A DNA stretch of 64,000 bases from Octopus sinensis (Eukaryota), in NCBI RefSeq assembly GCF_006345805.1, contig NC_043004.1, positions 92,008,001 to 92,072,000 on the forward strand. Reading direction: 5' to 3'. Positions 1 through 11,779 of the stretch are shown piece by piece; position 1 is the stretch's first letter; each line of letters begins with the position of its first letter. The notes below the pieces were generated by a model. The model did not search any database. It saw only the letters and a list, made by a program, of their open reading frames with translations, and was not told where the DNA came from. Made by a program: the position numbers and the translations under genes.

Positions 1-877
1 TAAATACATGTACAAAAACAAACACAAGAAGGACGAACGAAAAAGCCCTTTTTTCTGGCATAGACAAACAATAAAACTGCAAAAATAAAAATACATGTAG
101 AAAAAGTACAATTAGTTACAAAACGAGAAAATAACAAGAATACTATACAGGAAATTAACCACACAAGGGGACGAACGAAGAAGCCTTTTTGCTGGCAAGG
201 ACGAAAGTGTAGTAGCAGCGCGTGGAGGCAGTCTTTTCAATAGTGGTAACCACATGTATGTATATAAATGTGTGTGTGAGGGGAAGAAAATATATAGTTA
301 GCTAGACCAACGAAAAAATATATTTAGGATATATCTATAAATATTGTACGTGTACATTTATGAGTGTGTGTGTGTATGTGTGTGTACACGTGTGAGTATA
401 TGTTTGTGTTTATGTCGTATATGCACGCAAGCGTTTGTACGTATATGAATAGGTGTTTATATTTGTTCACGTGAAATTCTCTTGGGACATATTGCTTTGC
501 GTTGCGTGTATATGCATGTGTGAGAGAGTGTTTATACGTGTGAGCTAGTGAGTGTGTTTGTGTTGAATTGTTCAGGGTCCTTCCAGTAATGTAAAACCGA
601 ACTCTTTAGAAAGAGCCACAGCTGAATAAAACATTGTCGCCTGCTTTCTGTTTAATCAACGTCAACAGAACCATTGGTAACCAAGGCTGTTGCATCGAAT
701 ATGCCAAATATAGCGGACTGTTAGCGAGGAGGTTGTTTCTTGTTTAGCCCCAGGTCAGTACAAACCTGCTAGACTTATGTTAATTCTAACCACATCCTTC
801 CAGTAATTTCCAATCTTTCATCTTACATTATATTATGTCCTTCCAGTTTCTTTTGTTTTTTTTATGTGATTTAATTT

Positions 878-1254
878 TGTTTTACTTGTTTCAGTCATTT
901 GACTGCGGCCATGCTGGAGCACCGCCTTTAGTCGAGTAAATCGACCCCGGGACTCATTCTTTGTAAGCCCAGTACTTATTCTATCAGTCTCTTTTTGCCG
1001 AACCGCTAAGTGACGGGGACGTAAACACACCAGCATCGGTTGTCAAGCAATGCTAGGGGACAAACACAGACACACAATCACACACACACATATATATATA
1101 CATATATACGACGGGCTTCTTTCAGTTTCCGTCTACCAAATCCACTCACAAGGCATTGGTCGGCCCGGGGCTATAGCAGAAGATGCCAGGCAGTGGGACT
1201 GAACCCGGAACCATGTGGTTGGTTAGCAAGCTACTTACCACACAGCCACTCCTG
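878..1254 (-). mobile_element. tRNA-derived SINE, family 1 (dominant family, CORE-like CCTTGGGCAAGT segment)
   Basis: Reverse complement matches the + copy at 62900-63312: A-box-like TGGCTGTGTGG, B-box-like GGTTCAGTCCC, internal (TA)n(TG)n tract, and 3' tail GGCGGTGCTCCAGCATGGCCGCAGTCAAATGACTGAAACAAGTAAAA. Confidence 0.9.
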
Positions 1255-1511
1255 TTATTATTTTTTAACTTTTATTTTGTTTATTTTTGTTTTCTCCATC
1301 TCGTTTTTACCGTTCGATATCATTGTTCATCTCTTCTGATCTCCTAAGTTACGGAGGCATAAACACACCAAAAAGTACGAATTAAAAGAGATTTGACTAC
1401 TATTTCTAGTAATCTGGATTAACTATTAGAGTATCCCTTGTTTGCTCATATGCTTAGTTTATATCTATGTCTCCCTCTTTCTAGGTCTCTCTCTCCTCCT
1501 CTCTTTAAGTC

Positions 1512-1683
1512 TGGCTGTGTGGTAAGAACCTTCTTTCCCAACCACATGGTTTCTGGGCTCAATCCCACTGCATGACACCTTGGGTGTCTTCTACTATAGC
1601 CTCGGGCGGGCCCAAGCCTTGTGCGTGCGTATGTGTGTGTGAGAGAGAGAGAGAGTGTGTGTTTGTCTTCCCCACCACAACTT
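1512..1683 (+). mobile_element. SINE family 1 variant, 5' half
   Basis: Head GGCTGTGTGGTAAGAACC...CCCACTGCATGACACCTTGGG. Shares diagnostic variants with the inverted copy at 1827-2176. Confidence 0.85.
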
Positions 1684-1826
1684 ATCTGTCACCTATTCTT
1701 CAACCCATGAAAATCTAAAACGGGAGTGAATAAACATTTAAGAGGTCATGCATGGAAAGCTACAAATGCCATTGATAAGGAAGAACAAGGAAACAGTAAT
1801 CATCTGTGAAGATGGAGAAATCACAA

Positions 1827-2176
1827 TTTATCTTTTATCTTTTATTTGTTTCAGGCATTAGTGCTGGGGCACCACCTTGAAAAACTTTTGGTCGAAAGAA
1901 TCGATCCTAGTGCTGGTTTTTTAAAGCCTAGTACTTATTTTAGCGGTCTCTTTTGCCGGACCGCTAAGTTACGGAGGCATAAGCACACCAAGTTTTAGTG
2001 GGAAAGACAAACACACACACACACATACACACACACACTCATACACACATACACACACGCACGCACAAGGCTTGGGTCGGCCCGAGGCTATAGTAGAAGA
2101 CACCCAAGGTGTCACGCAGTGGGACTGAGCCCGGAAACCATGTGGTAGGGAAAGAAGGTTCTTACCACACAGCCAC
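1827..2176 (-). mobile_element. SINE family 1 variant, near full length
   Basis: Same head and tail as family 1, but lacks the GAGTGGATTTGGTAGAC...GAAGCCCGTCG segment. Confidence 0.85.
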
Positions 2177-2464
2177 ACTTACAATTGTATTTATTTATGT
2201 ATATTTTCCTCATCTTGTAGTTTTCACATTGTACATCTCTAAATATCTTCACTTCACTAGGCAATTTGAATGTCTTATATGTCTGCTATGTTTATGCATG
2301 AGAGAATCGGGAGAGCATTGTATAAAATGTTGTGTGATATTTAGTCCTGTCTCTTTATGCACTGAGTTCAAATCCTGCCAATGGTGAGCTGGTATTTTCA
2401 CCTTCTTGTTTCGATAGAATAGTTACCCTATGTCACAAATAGTTATTAGTAGGGCTTATTGGTA

Positions 2465-2681
2465 GAAGAGAGTGCTGAAAATTTCCTGACTTTAAGGGTA
2501 TCGTGAAAGGCCTGGTTGGAGGTCCAACCTTTCGACTTCTTTTATAGGGCTTAGAAAAAGTGAAGGGCCGCTGCAATAAGTATGTGAATCTCAGAGGGGA
2601 ATATGTTGGATAAAATCATAAGTAACTCATCCTTCTGTATTTTCTTTTACCCAAATCCAGGAACTTTTCAGTACCCTCTCG
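2465..2681 (+). mobile_element. mariner-derived MITE / internally deleted mariner
   Basis: Imperfect TIRs: GAAGAGAGTGCTGAAAATTTCCTG on the left and CCAGGAACTTTTCAGTACCCTCTCG on the right, each flanked by TA. The interior encodes GLEKVKGRCNKYVNLRGEYVG*, a mariner transposase C-terminus. Confidence 0.7.
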
Positions 2682-3726
2682 TAACATCGGTAGATCACTA
2701 CTCCAAAATGTTGTCAGTATTTAATTACGATGCGTTACGTTATGAGTTCAAATTACATTTAGGTGATCTTTGCCTTTTATCCTTTCGGAGCCGATAACTT
2801 AAATACTTTTAATGTGCGGGGATTCAGTATAAACAGGAAGTGTTTTACAATGCCAATGCATGGACTAGTTTCTATGTAAGAGTTAATAAGAATGTTATTT
2901 TGTTTCCTTTTACTTTTATTGTTATATTAGATTGCTTGTTATTAATTTTCGGCAAAACTAATTTTTATTCGAGAGAGTTCTATAAAAGAAAGAAAAAAAA
3001 AACCCAAACGAAACGAAACCAAAACAAAACGAAAAATAGAAGTAAAATGAAGACGTTGTATTTACTAATAAAAGAAAAATCAAAACAACTACAGTAACGA
3101 CAACAACAGCAATAACAAGAACCACACCACTAACATCAACGGCAACGAAAGCAAATGTAGTAAGACAAATAATATCAACGCAAGCAAAAACACCATCATA
3201 AACAAAAAAAAAGTAATATCAGAAGGAACAAAACAACGTATCAAAAAACAAGGACAGCAGCAGAAACAACAAGAACAACAACAACAGCAATATCCTTCAA
3301 AAAAGAAATGAAAGCAACAATGATTAAAGGATAAATGACATCAGATCAATGAATCGCAAGTTATTTTGATAATGGAGGGCGGAACATGATGGACAGCAAC
3401 AGAAAGATTTCTGGAGATTTCCTCAAATATAGAAAAGAAAAAAACAAAACAAAATAAAAAGCAACAACAAAATAATGAACAACAACAATTATAAACAACA
3501 ACGAACAAAATAAAACAAAACAAAACAAAACAAATAAAAAAAAGAAGGAAGCAATAATAGCGGAAAAAGCGAACCTACAGTGGAAAGCCAAATGTGTAAT
3601 TTTGTTTGAATTGAAGTAATTAAAACTAACAGATCTATTTAAACGAAGTAAATCAGATATTTTTAAGTGCAGATTCACCGGAAATATTGATTGTTTTTGA
3701 GACTAGCCAGGACAGGAAAGCAAAGG

Positions 3727-3780
<54 letters not shown>

Positions 3781-3916
3781 CAAATATATATATATACAAA
3801 TATATTTTTATATATTATATATAGATATATATATACATATATACATATTATATATATATATATATATTATATATATATATATATATTATTATCCGTGTAT
3901 ATATGTATCATACATA

Positions 3917-3950
<34 letters not shown>

Positions 3951-3953
<3 letters not shown>

Positions 3954-4160
3954 CGGGAAGCTTTATGAAAATAAACAAAATACGAAGGAAGGTGGAAGAC
4001 AAAACGAACAATTGTATAGTATGGCGCTCAGGAAATATAATAAAACAAGTCTTTAACGTTTCGAGCCTACGCTCTTTCAACAGAAAGATACATAGAGAGA
4101 GAAAACACAGAAAGAAGGAGAGAAAAAAATGCGTGCATAGCTAACGATATCAACATGCGA
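3951..4160 (-). repeat. ~210-bp PLE-LTR-like / retrozyme-like repeat with hammerhead-like core
   Basis: Inverted homologue of 4553-4768 and homologue of 43037-43250; abuts (TA)n. Confidence 0.75.
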
Positions 4161-4552
4161 TATATATATATATATATGTATATATGTATCCTTTCGTGTA
4201 TGATACTCAATGTTAATACAAAAAAAAAACAAATTAAATGTTTTCGTTCTAAAATATCTTTGGGCATATTGCTTTTGAAAACACTATACACGTCACAGGC
4301 AGATAAAAAGTCTCCCTGCAGTGACTGGTGAAAATGTTAAATGCATGCCTAGCCGAAATTTACCGCCAATGGACTTTTATTCAGCTGGTTAGCTATTTGC
4401 ATCATCAGTGGTTGTTTATTCACTGTTTCTCTACATCGGTAGCGGAAAATTACCTCCAAGCATACAAATGGCTTTTGACAATGTTTAAGGAAGCATAAAT
4501 GCACCCAGCATTCTCGGTAGCCGCTGCTGTGACGATGTTCCTCTGCCTCTGA

Positions 4553-4768
4553 TATATATCATGTTGATTCGCTAGCCTCTGCACGCATTTTTTTCTCTCC
4601 TTGTTTCTCTCCGTGTTTCTTTTCTGTGTATCTTTCTGTTGAAGAGCGTAGGCTCGAAACGTGAAAGACTTGTTTTATTTATATTCCTGAGCGCCATACT
4701 AATACCAATTGTTTGTTTGTATTCCACCTGCCTTCGTCTTTGTTTATTTTCATAAAGCTTCCCGTTAT
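4553..4768 (+). repeat. ~210-bp PLE-LTR-like / retrozyme-like repeat with hammerhead-like core
   Basis: TCTTT-CTGTTGA-A-GAG cgtagg CTC-GAAA-CGT-G-AAAGA at 4631-4668; ends in (TA)n. Confidence 0.75.
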
Positions 4769-4772
4769 ATCT

Positions 4773-4808
<36 letters not shown>

Positions 4809-5043
4809 CTATATATATATATACATATAAAGGGTGAAATACAATTAATTTAATAAAATCAATAAATTTCACCTAGTAGTCTTTCGGTATGGAAAGGACC
4901 ATATTCGGTAAAAATTATATAATTATAATAAAAAAGTTGCTTAAACCACACACCCAAATATTAGAAATACCAGTCAAATAGGCTACTATTACTATTACTA
5001 CAAAATAAGTCTCCACAAACAACAGTATTTGTAACCCGTATAT

Positions 5044-5157
<114 letters not shown>

Positions 5158-5477
5158 AGAAAATAGTAAAGAGTGAAAAAACGACAGAAGGCTTAAATGT
5201 TAAAAAATATATATATTTGTGTCAAAATGTCTGGAGAATATTGGAAACATTTTTTTCCTTTCCTTAAAATGACATAATTTTAAAATTTTAAAGAAATTAC
5301 CGGTTTCGCGTGTAGCTTTTCAAATTTCTTGTGACGTTATGTTTATATTGCATGGAGTTATCGTTGTGTTTATTTTCAGGAGATTTCTAAATAAGGGGAG
5401 GTAGTGAGTGATTTCTTCCGGTGTAAGGGAGATAATCGCTTAAAAATTTTTTTCCTTTCCCTTCTTAATTCTCTATG

Positions 5478-6129
5478 TCAGTATGTTCGGATGGTCAGTC
5501 TGGGTTTGTACTTTTCAATGAAGAATGTTTCCTTGTTCAGTCTCATTTGTGTTGATGATCCGAAAGCACATTGGTAAAATGGGAAGATTAAAAATTGTGG
5601 CAGTAGTTGCTTTGCGCATTTCTCAATGTGCTCACTAAAAGGTATCATTCTATATTCTGGAATGCAATCTGTTGTCGATGCAGTGTGCATCTACGCCTGA
5701 GTGATAGTCCCGTGGAACCCACGTAGTCTTGGTGGCAGCCCGAGCATTTAATGACATAAATTATGTTTTCAGAGGCACAAGTAAAGTTAGATTTGATCTT
5801 GAATTTTTGTCCCTCTTTATAGAGGAATTCTGATCCTTCTAGTAGGTTAGGGCATGTTACACAGTTCGATCTACCACATTTTTTTACTTTTGCATCCGTA
5901 ATTTTAGAAGACAATTTTGCCTTTGTGAGAATCTTTTTAAGTGATTTAGGCTGTTTGTAGCTTTTAATGATTTGGTGTATGTTTAGAATTTCCTTTAATT
6001 TTGGGTTTTTATGAAGTATTGGTAAATTCTGGGTGATGATGGTGAAGGCTTCTTTGTTTCTGGGGTTGTATGTAGATATGTAAGGTAGTATTTTCGGGGA
6101 AGGTGTGTTGTTGTGTTGAACTTTTCTTA
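5478..6129 (-). pseudogene. Mirror copy of the PLE GIY-YIG fragment (frameshifted)
   Basis: ORFs 5645-5914 and 5478-5690 (-) reproduce the + strand protein, split by a 1-bp deletion (ATTCCAGAA vs ATTCCCAGAA). Confidence 0.9.
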
Positions 6130-6822
6130 GATGGGATCAGACGTGCAACAGAAATCAACATAGAAACTTTAAGAAAAGTTCAACACAACAACACACCTTC
6201 CCCGAAAATACTACCTTACATATCTACATACAACCCCAGAAACAAAGAAACCCAGAATTTACCAATACTTCATAAAAACCCAAAATTAAAGGAAATTCTA
6301 AACATACACCAAATCATTAAAAGCTACAAACAGCCTAAATCACTTAAAAAGATTCTCACAAAGGCAAAATTGTCTTCTAAAATTACGGATGCAAAAGTAA
6401 AAAAATGTGGTAGATCGAACTGTGTAACATGCCCTAACCTACTAGAAGGATCAGAATTCCTCTATAAAGAGGGACAAAAATTCAAGATCAAATCTAACTT
6501 TACTTGTGCCTCTGAAAACATAATTTATGTCATTAAATGCTCGGGCTGCCACCAAGACTACGTGGGTTCCACGGGACTATCACTCAGGCGTAGATGCACA
6601 CTGCATCGACAACAGATTGCATTCCCAGAATATAGAATGATACCTTTTAGTGAGCACATTGAGAAATGCGCAAAGCAACTACTGCCACAATTTTTAATCT
6701 TCCCATTTTACCAATGTGCTTTCGGATCATCAACACAAATGAGACTGAACAAGGAAACATTCTTCATTGAAAAGTACAAACCCAGACTCAACCATCCGAA
6801 CATACTGGCACAGAGAAATTAA
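6127..6822 (+). pseudogene. Penelope-like element ORF C-terminus with GIY-YIG endonuclease (5'-truncated; Neptune-like Cys motif)
   Basis: ORF 6103-6822 contains CGRSNCVTC followed by NIIYVIKCSGCHQDYVGSTG (GIY-YIG motif), R..LH and E..FI.KYKP.LN. No RT domain is present. The first 8 codons of the called ORF come from the inverted arm. Confidence 0.9.
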
Positions 6823-7170
6823 GAAGGGAAAGGAAAAAAATTTTTAAGCGATTATCTCCCTTACACCGGAAGAAATCACTCACTACCTCCCCTTATTTAG
6901 AAATCTCCTGAAAATAAACACAACGATAACTCCATGCAATATAAACATAACGTCACAAGAAATTTGAAAAGCTACACGCGAAACCGGTAATTTCTTTAAA
7001 AATTTTAAAATTATGTCATTTTAAGGAAAGGAAAAAAATTTTTCCAATATTCTCCAGACATTTTGACACAAATATATATATTTTTTAACATTTAAGCCTT
7101 CTGTCGTTTTTTCACTCTTTACTATTTTCTTATATATTCACCCACGTGCTTTACCAAACAAACTTTCTTA

Positions 7171-7204
<34 letters not shown>

Positions 7205-7277
7205 ATATACGGGTTACAAATACTGTTGTTTGTGGAGACTTATTTTTGTAGTAATAGTAATAGTAGGCTATTTGACT

Positions 7278-7367
7278 AGGAGTGGCTGTATGGTAAGTAG
7301 CTTGTTTACCAAACACATGGTTCCGGGTTCAGTCCCACTGCGTGGCACCTTGGGCAAGTGTCTTCTA
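7278..7367 (+). mobile_element. SINE family 1, head only
   Basis: AGGAGTGGCTGTATGGTAAGTAGC...CCTTGGGCAAGTGTCTTCTA, starting exactly where the right arm of the inverted repeat ends. Confidence 0.85.
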
Positions 7368-7599
7368 AACACTATACGTGCACAACAGATATTATCTCAC
7401 GACGAATACCGCAGTAAATTTTTCTTTCACGATGTATTTACATTACGTATGCTACACAAATAGTAATTTTATCCTGATACTGTTTTCGTTGCATACAGAG
7501 TGGATAGGTATAATTGTACAGAGAATCACTCTGACAATAATGGTTGTAAAGTGCTCACTACTGGTAGGAGATTGATAATGAATTTGATAAAGAATGTAA

Positions 7600-10500
7600 C
7601 TGAATAAATCCAAGAATATTATTCTATCATTGTAGTTTCTCCTTCTGAATCTTCAGAAATTGTAGCACTGAAACGAAGTTAATTTTAGAAATATTGCTTA
7701 TATAGAAAGCAAGAATTTAGGGAATAGTGAGAGGAATGGTTGTAGAGAAAGTAAAGCATCGTACGATTGTAGGATAAAAAGTGGTTGTAGAAATATTAAC
7801 AAACTGAAAGACAAGTTTGAGAGAGTAGAAAGTGTAAGAAAATGAGAGAAAAAGGTTATAAAAAATTTTAAATGACAAAGTTTTAGAATATTCAGTGATG
7901 TAGACAGATGATACAGTAAAATATCTTCGAAATGGAGAACATGTAAATGGGATAGTTAGTAAAGAGATTTTCAAAATATTGACTGAGTACGGTGGACAAA
8001 TGAATTAAATAAGAAAGTGATGAAATGTTAATTTATGAGCAAACCAAATAAGAGCGGTTTTAGGCAAAGTATGAAGAGAATTTGGAACGAATAAGGTGTG
8101 CTTCTAGTGATGGAACAAAACACTTTCAGGTAAAGGATTTTCTGATTTTCTATAAATCATAATAGCCACATGCCTAACACAGAATTGGAAGAAATTAAAC
8201 AGGAAATAGAAATTCAAATAAAGGACCACAGTGAAGCTGAAGTTAACGTAATTACAGAAAATGCAGAACAAATTTAATCTCTCACATTGAAGGAGATGAG
8301 ATGAGTGGAAAGGAAACAAGTTGAGAGTGTAGCAGAATGGTCAAAATGACGTGTTTGAATTATGAGGCAATATATTAGAATATAACTTAAACAAAATAGT
8401 AATGTCTGCCAACGTTAGGGCATATGACAGAACCACTACAACACACACACGAGCGAGCACACACACACACACAAGTGAGTACACACACACGCACATACAC
8501 ACACAAACAGAACATGAAAGTATTTGATAATGTTCTGGAAGTATTCTACTTATCTCGTAGAAGTAAATAGCAAATATGTGATTGTATCCAATCAAATAGC
8601 AAAAGAGGTTGGCTACAGAGTTAGTAAACCGAGTACGAGCAGATTTTGGCGGGGGAAAACGAACAAAGGACAGCATCAAAAGGTGAGGCGGGAAGTGAGT
8701 TAACTACAGTTTCTTAAAAACTGTATCCCAAGAAAAAAAGGGAATCATTAGGAAATTAGAAAATTTAAAATATATTGTTAAAAAAGAAAGGAGAGGAATA
8801 AATATTGTAATTAGCGAACATAAGCAAAGAGTGAAAAGTAGATAAGATAAAATCATATGAGATGAACATTGGAGGGAATAGAATGTTTTAATGATCAAAT
8901 ACCCAGATGTAGAGAGAAGCAGACTTTGTCAAGTGATATATGGAACAAGAAAGGTACTCCAAAACGTGAATGCAAGGTGAATATGGGGAGTGGAAAAGGG
9001 CAAATAGAAAAGGTCACTAACTGCAAAAGAAGCTTCCAAATTGCCTTTTTGGAAGACACCCAAGACAGTCTGCAAATGTTCTGGTTGAAGAATATTAAAA
9101 CAATCAAGCGAAAACTGACTCCTCCAGAGTGGCACTATCACAAATTGGGTGGCTAAGAGTAAGGCAACACTTATCATGAAAGACAAACAGGAACTGATGT
9201 CTCAAACTGCACACCAATAATTTGTTACATTTATTGTGAAAATTTTCAGGTATGTTTGCAGATTATGTGTATGCACACTTAAAGGAAAAGAAAATACACA
9301 CCAATGAACAGGTAAAGGCGCCAGAGAAAGTTAAAGAAGCAAAAAACAAAATATTTGTCGATAACATGATTGTAAGAAAAGATATGACCAAGTAATCGAG
9401 TGAGGTGGTTACAAAAAAAGCATAAGACAAGGAACCCCACTTATAGAATTTGAAGACATTCAAAATTTTCAGACCATTAAATATCACTGAAATGACAAGA
9501 GTGACCATGGAAAATTGGGGAGAAAAACAGTAGGAGGGTATCTGTTTTGAATAGGGAAAATAAATCAGGGTATTTTTCAAGTTGATAGCCCACCATCCCG
9601 ACTGTTTAGCCCACTCTCTTACCTAATTCTTCCTAAAACTAAGAAAAGTAAAAGCTAAGTATAACCTATGAATAGTCCAGGTGATGCTTAACTATTTGTT
9701 ATTCATGGATCGTATAAAGTTATATGGCAATACTGATAGAAAATTGGATACTCAAGTCGATACCGTGAGAATGTTTAGCAATGACATCAGAATAGAATTT
9801 AGTATTTCTCAACCTGGGATCCTTATGATAAAGGAAAAAAAGCGCCATAAAAGAGGTGGAACAAATCTTCCGAACGAACAGATATGGAAGATTCATACAG
9901 ATGATAAAAATATATACTTGAGCGTCTTGGAAACTGATGTTATAAAAGATGGTATAATGAAAGTCAAAATCCAAAGCGAATATTTCTGAATAGGAAGGTT
10001 GATACTAAAATCCAAATCCAATGACATGAATATTACCATTACAATAAATTCAAGAGCAGTATCAATCATCAGTAACAGGCTGTAATAATCAAACCAACAA
10101 AAGAAAATCTCGAGAATATTGATAGGAATACAAAGAAATAACTGACGCTTTACAGAGCCTTGTACCCATAGGCAGATGTTCACAAATTGTATTTCAACAG
10201 AAAAGAGAATTGATAACTGTAGTTGACTGTGTAGGAGTAGCAGTAAGGAGATTAACGAAGTACGCTGTTGATAAAAATAAAATGATTTTTTTTTATCAAT
10301 ATGAAGCGGAGTTTTAGCTGAAGGAATGTGGGAAAATGAAGTTCTAGAAGCCACAAAGCAACGATACGAACAGAAGAGTTTACACGGAAAATGTTTTCAA
10401 AGTACTGAAGGGTGTTGTGCTGACAAGTGAGTTTAATGATTAAACAAAAACAGCTTTGAAAAGGAAGAGAGTTTGATTCTAGCTGGCCAGTATTAAACAT

Positions 10501-11130
10501 TAAGAACAAAATACGCCAAGAAGAATATAGATAAGGAAGACATTTCAGCTGGGTGTACAGTCAATAGTGAAAGAGAAGAGACAGTTTCGCGTGTAGTTTC
10601 TATATGTAAGATGCTTACTCAAAGGATTACAATAATTTTAGATCAATATTTGTTAAAAAAGACCAAAAAACCTGAATTTGAACATCTGGAAAATAGTATG
10701 ACCATAAAGAAGAACACATCCTTGAAAACGGCTGAATAAAGGCATTATGGGTTATGAAAATTCAAACAGTGAAGCAAACGGAATATTCATGTAAAGATGT
10801 TGCTAAATTCAGCAAATAAGAAAGCGTGTGTTGCTTAATCGATATCGCATGGCGGTTTAATACTAGAATTATAGTCAAAGAACGCAAGAAAAAGGAAAAA
10901 AATGACAGGATCAAAAATACAAACTTCTTAGAATTTGAAATTGCCGGAAAGATGACGTTATCCCAAATCGCAAATAGTCTGTATAATTGCTTGAAGTATC
11001 GATGTGCATTTCTTGATCTTACAGAATATCTGTCAATTTTAGGTATTCAGTACTTTTATCATGATTGTTGCAGTACAAGTATCAGAAGAAATGTAGAAAA
11101 TACCTAAAATTGTGGGATACAGCTTGTATC
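7600..11130 (+). mobile_element. Decayed R4/Dong-like (RLE-type) non-LTR retrotransposon
   Basis: Broken-frame motifs occur in the expected order: ERRGINIVISEHKQRVK, LQMFWLKN, WVAKSKATLIMKDK, GIFQVDS, LNYLLFMDRIKLY (RT catalytic motif), SEYF..V.LILKSK, a degenerate zinc-knuckle region TKYAKKNIDKEDISAGC...EETVSRVVSICK, and CLIDIAWRFNTRIIVKERKKKEK (RLE). The 5' boundary is approximate. Confidence 0.8.
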
Positions 11131-11184
11131 TAACAAACTAAGGGCAGAAGAACTCCAATGAAGAGCTGCGTGAAGGAAATAATG

Positions 11185-11188
11185 ATGG

Positions 11189-11222
<34 letters not shown>

Positions 11223-11775
11223 ACAGTACCATGTAGTGGCTCTCATGGCTTCTGATCTTAACTGACTGGAAGTGTTATCATGTACATTGTTTTGTCTTGG
11301 TATAAAAGATAGGATGCAGCATATGTTCTGCTCAATACCACAGATTTGCTTGTCAGTTGTTTGACCATAACCAGTTGAGCATGTCCCTTAGTGGCTGACG
11401 ATATGTGCATCTCTAATTACGAGCAAAAATAGCGGGGGAACATCATAACCATGTGTTGAGGTGAATTATTTGGGGTTTGAATAATTCACCTCTAGAAACA
11501 TGAGAGTGTTTCGTTCAACATCCTTAAAACAAACCTTATTCAGGGACTATTTGAGCGGGATGGGCTACTTGACTTTAATAAAATTCTAAATGGGCCCCAC
11601 CTGCAAGGTCATGTGCTATTTATCTTGATATGAGAGTATCGTGTCGCGCACATATAGTTGTAATGCATGTGCCTGGTGTACCCTTATTAGACGGGTAGTC
11701 ATGATGGTTATATTGGGATTCGTATATTTTACTTACTCCAGTATCCCTTTGATTGCATGCACTGCTCTCTCACTC
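11185..11775 (-). repeat. Interspersed repeat ending in a (CAT)n tail (probable LINE 3' end or SINE)
   Basis: On the - strand the segment ends ...GAAGCCATGAGAGCCACTACATGGTACTGTA followed by (TCA)n. I recall it as an abundant octopus repeat; family not assigned. Confidence 0.5.
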
Positions 11776-11779
11776 AATA

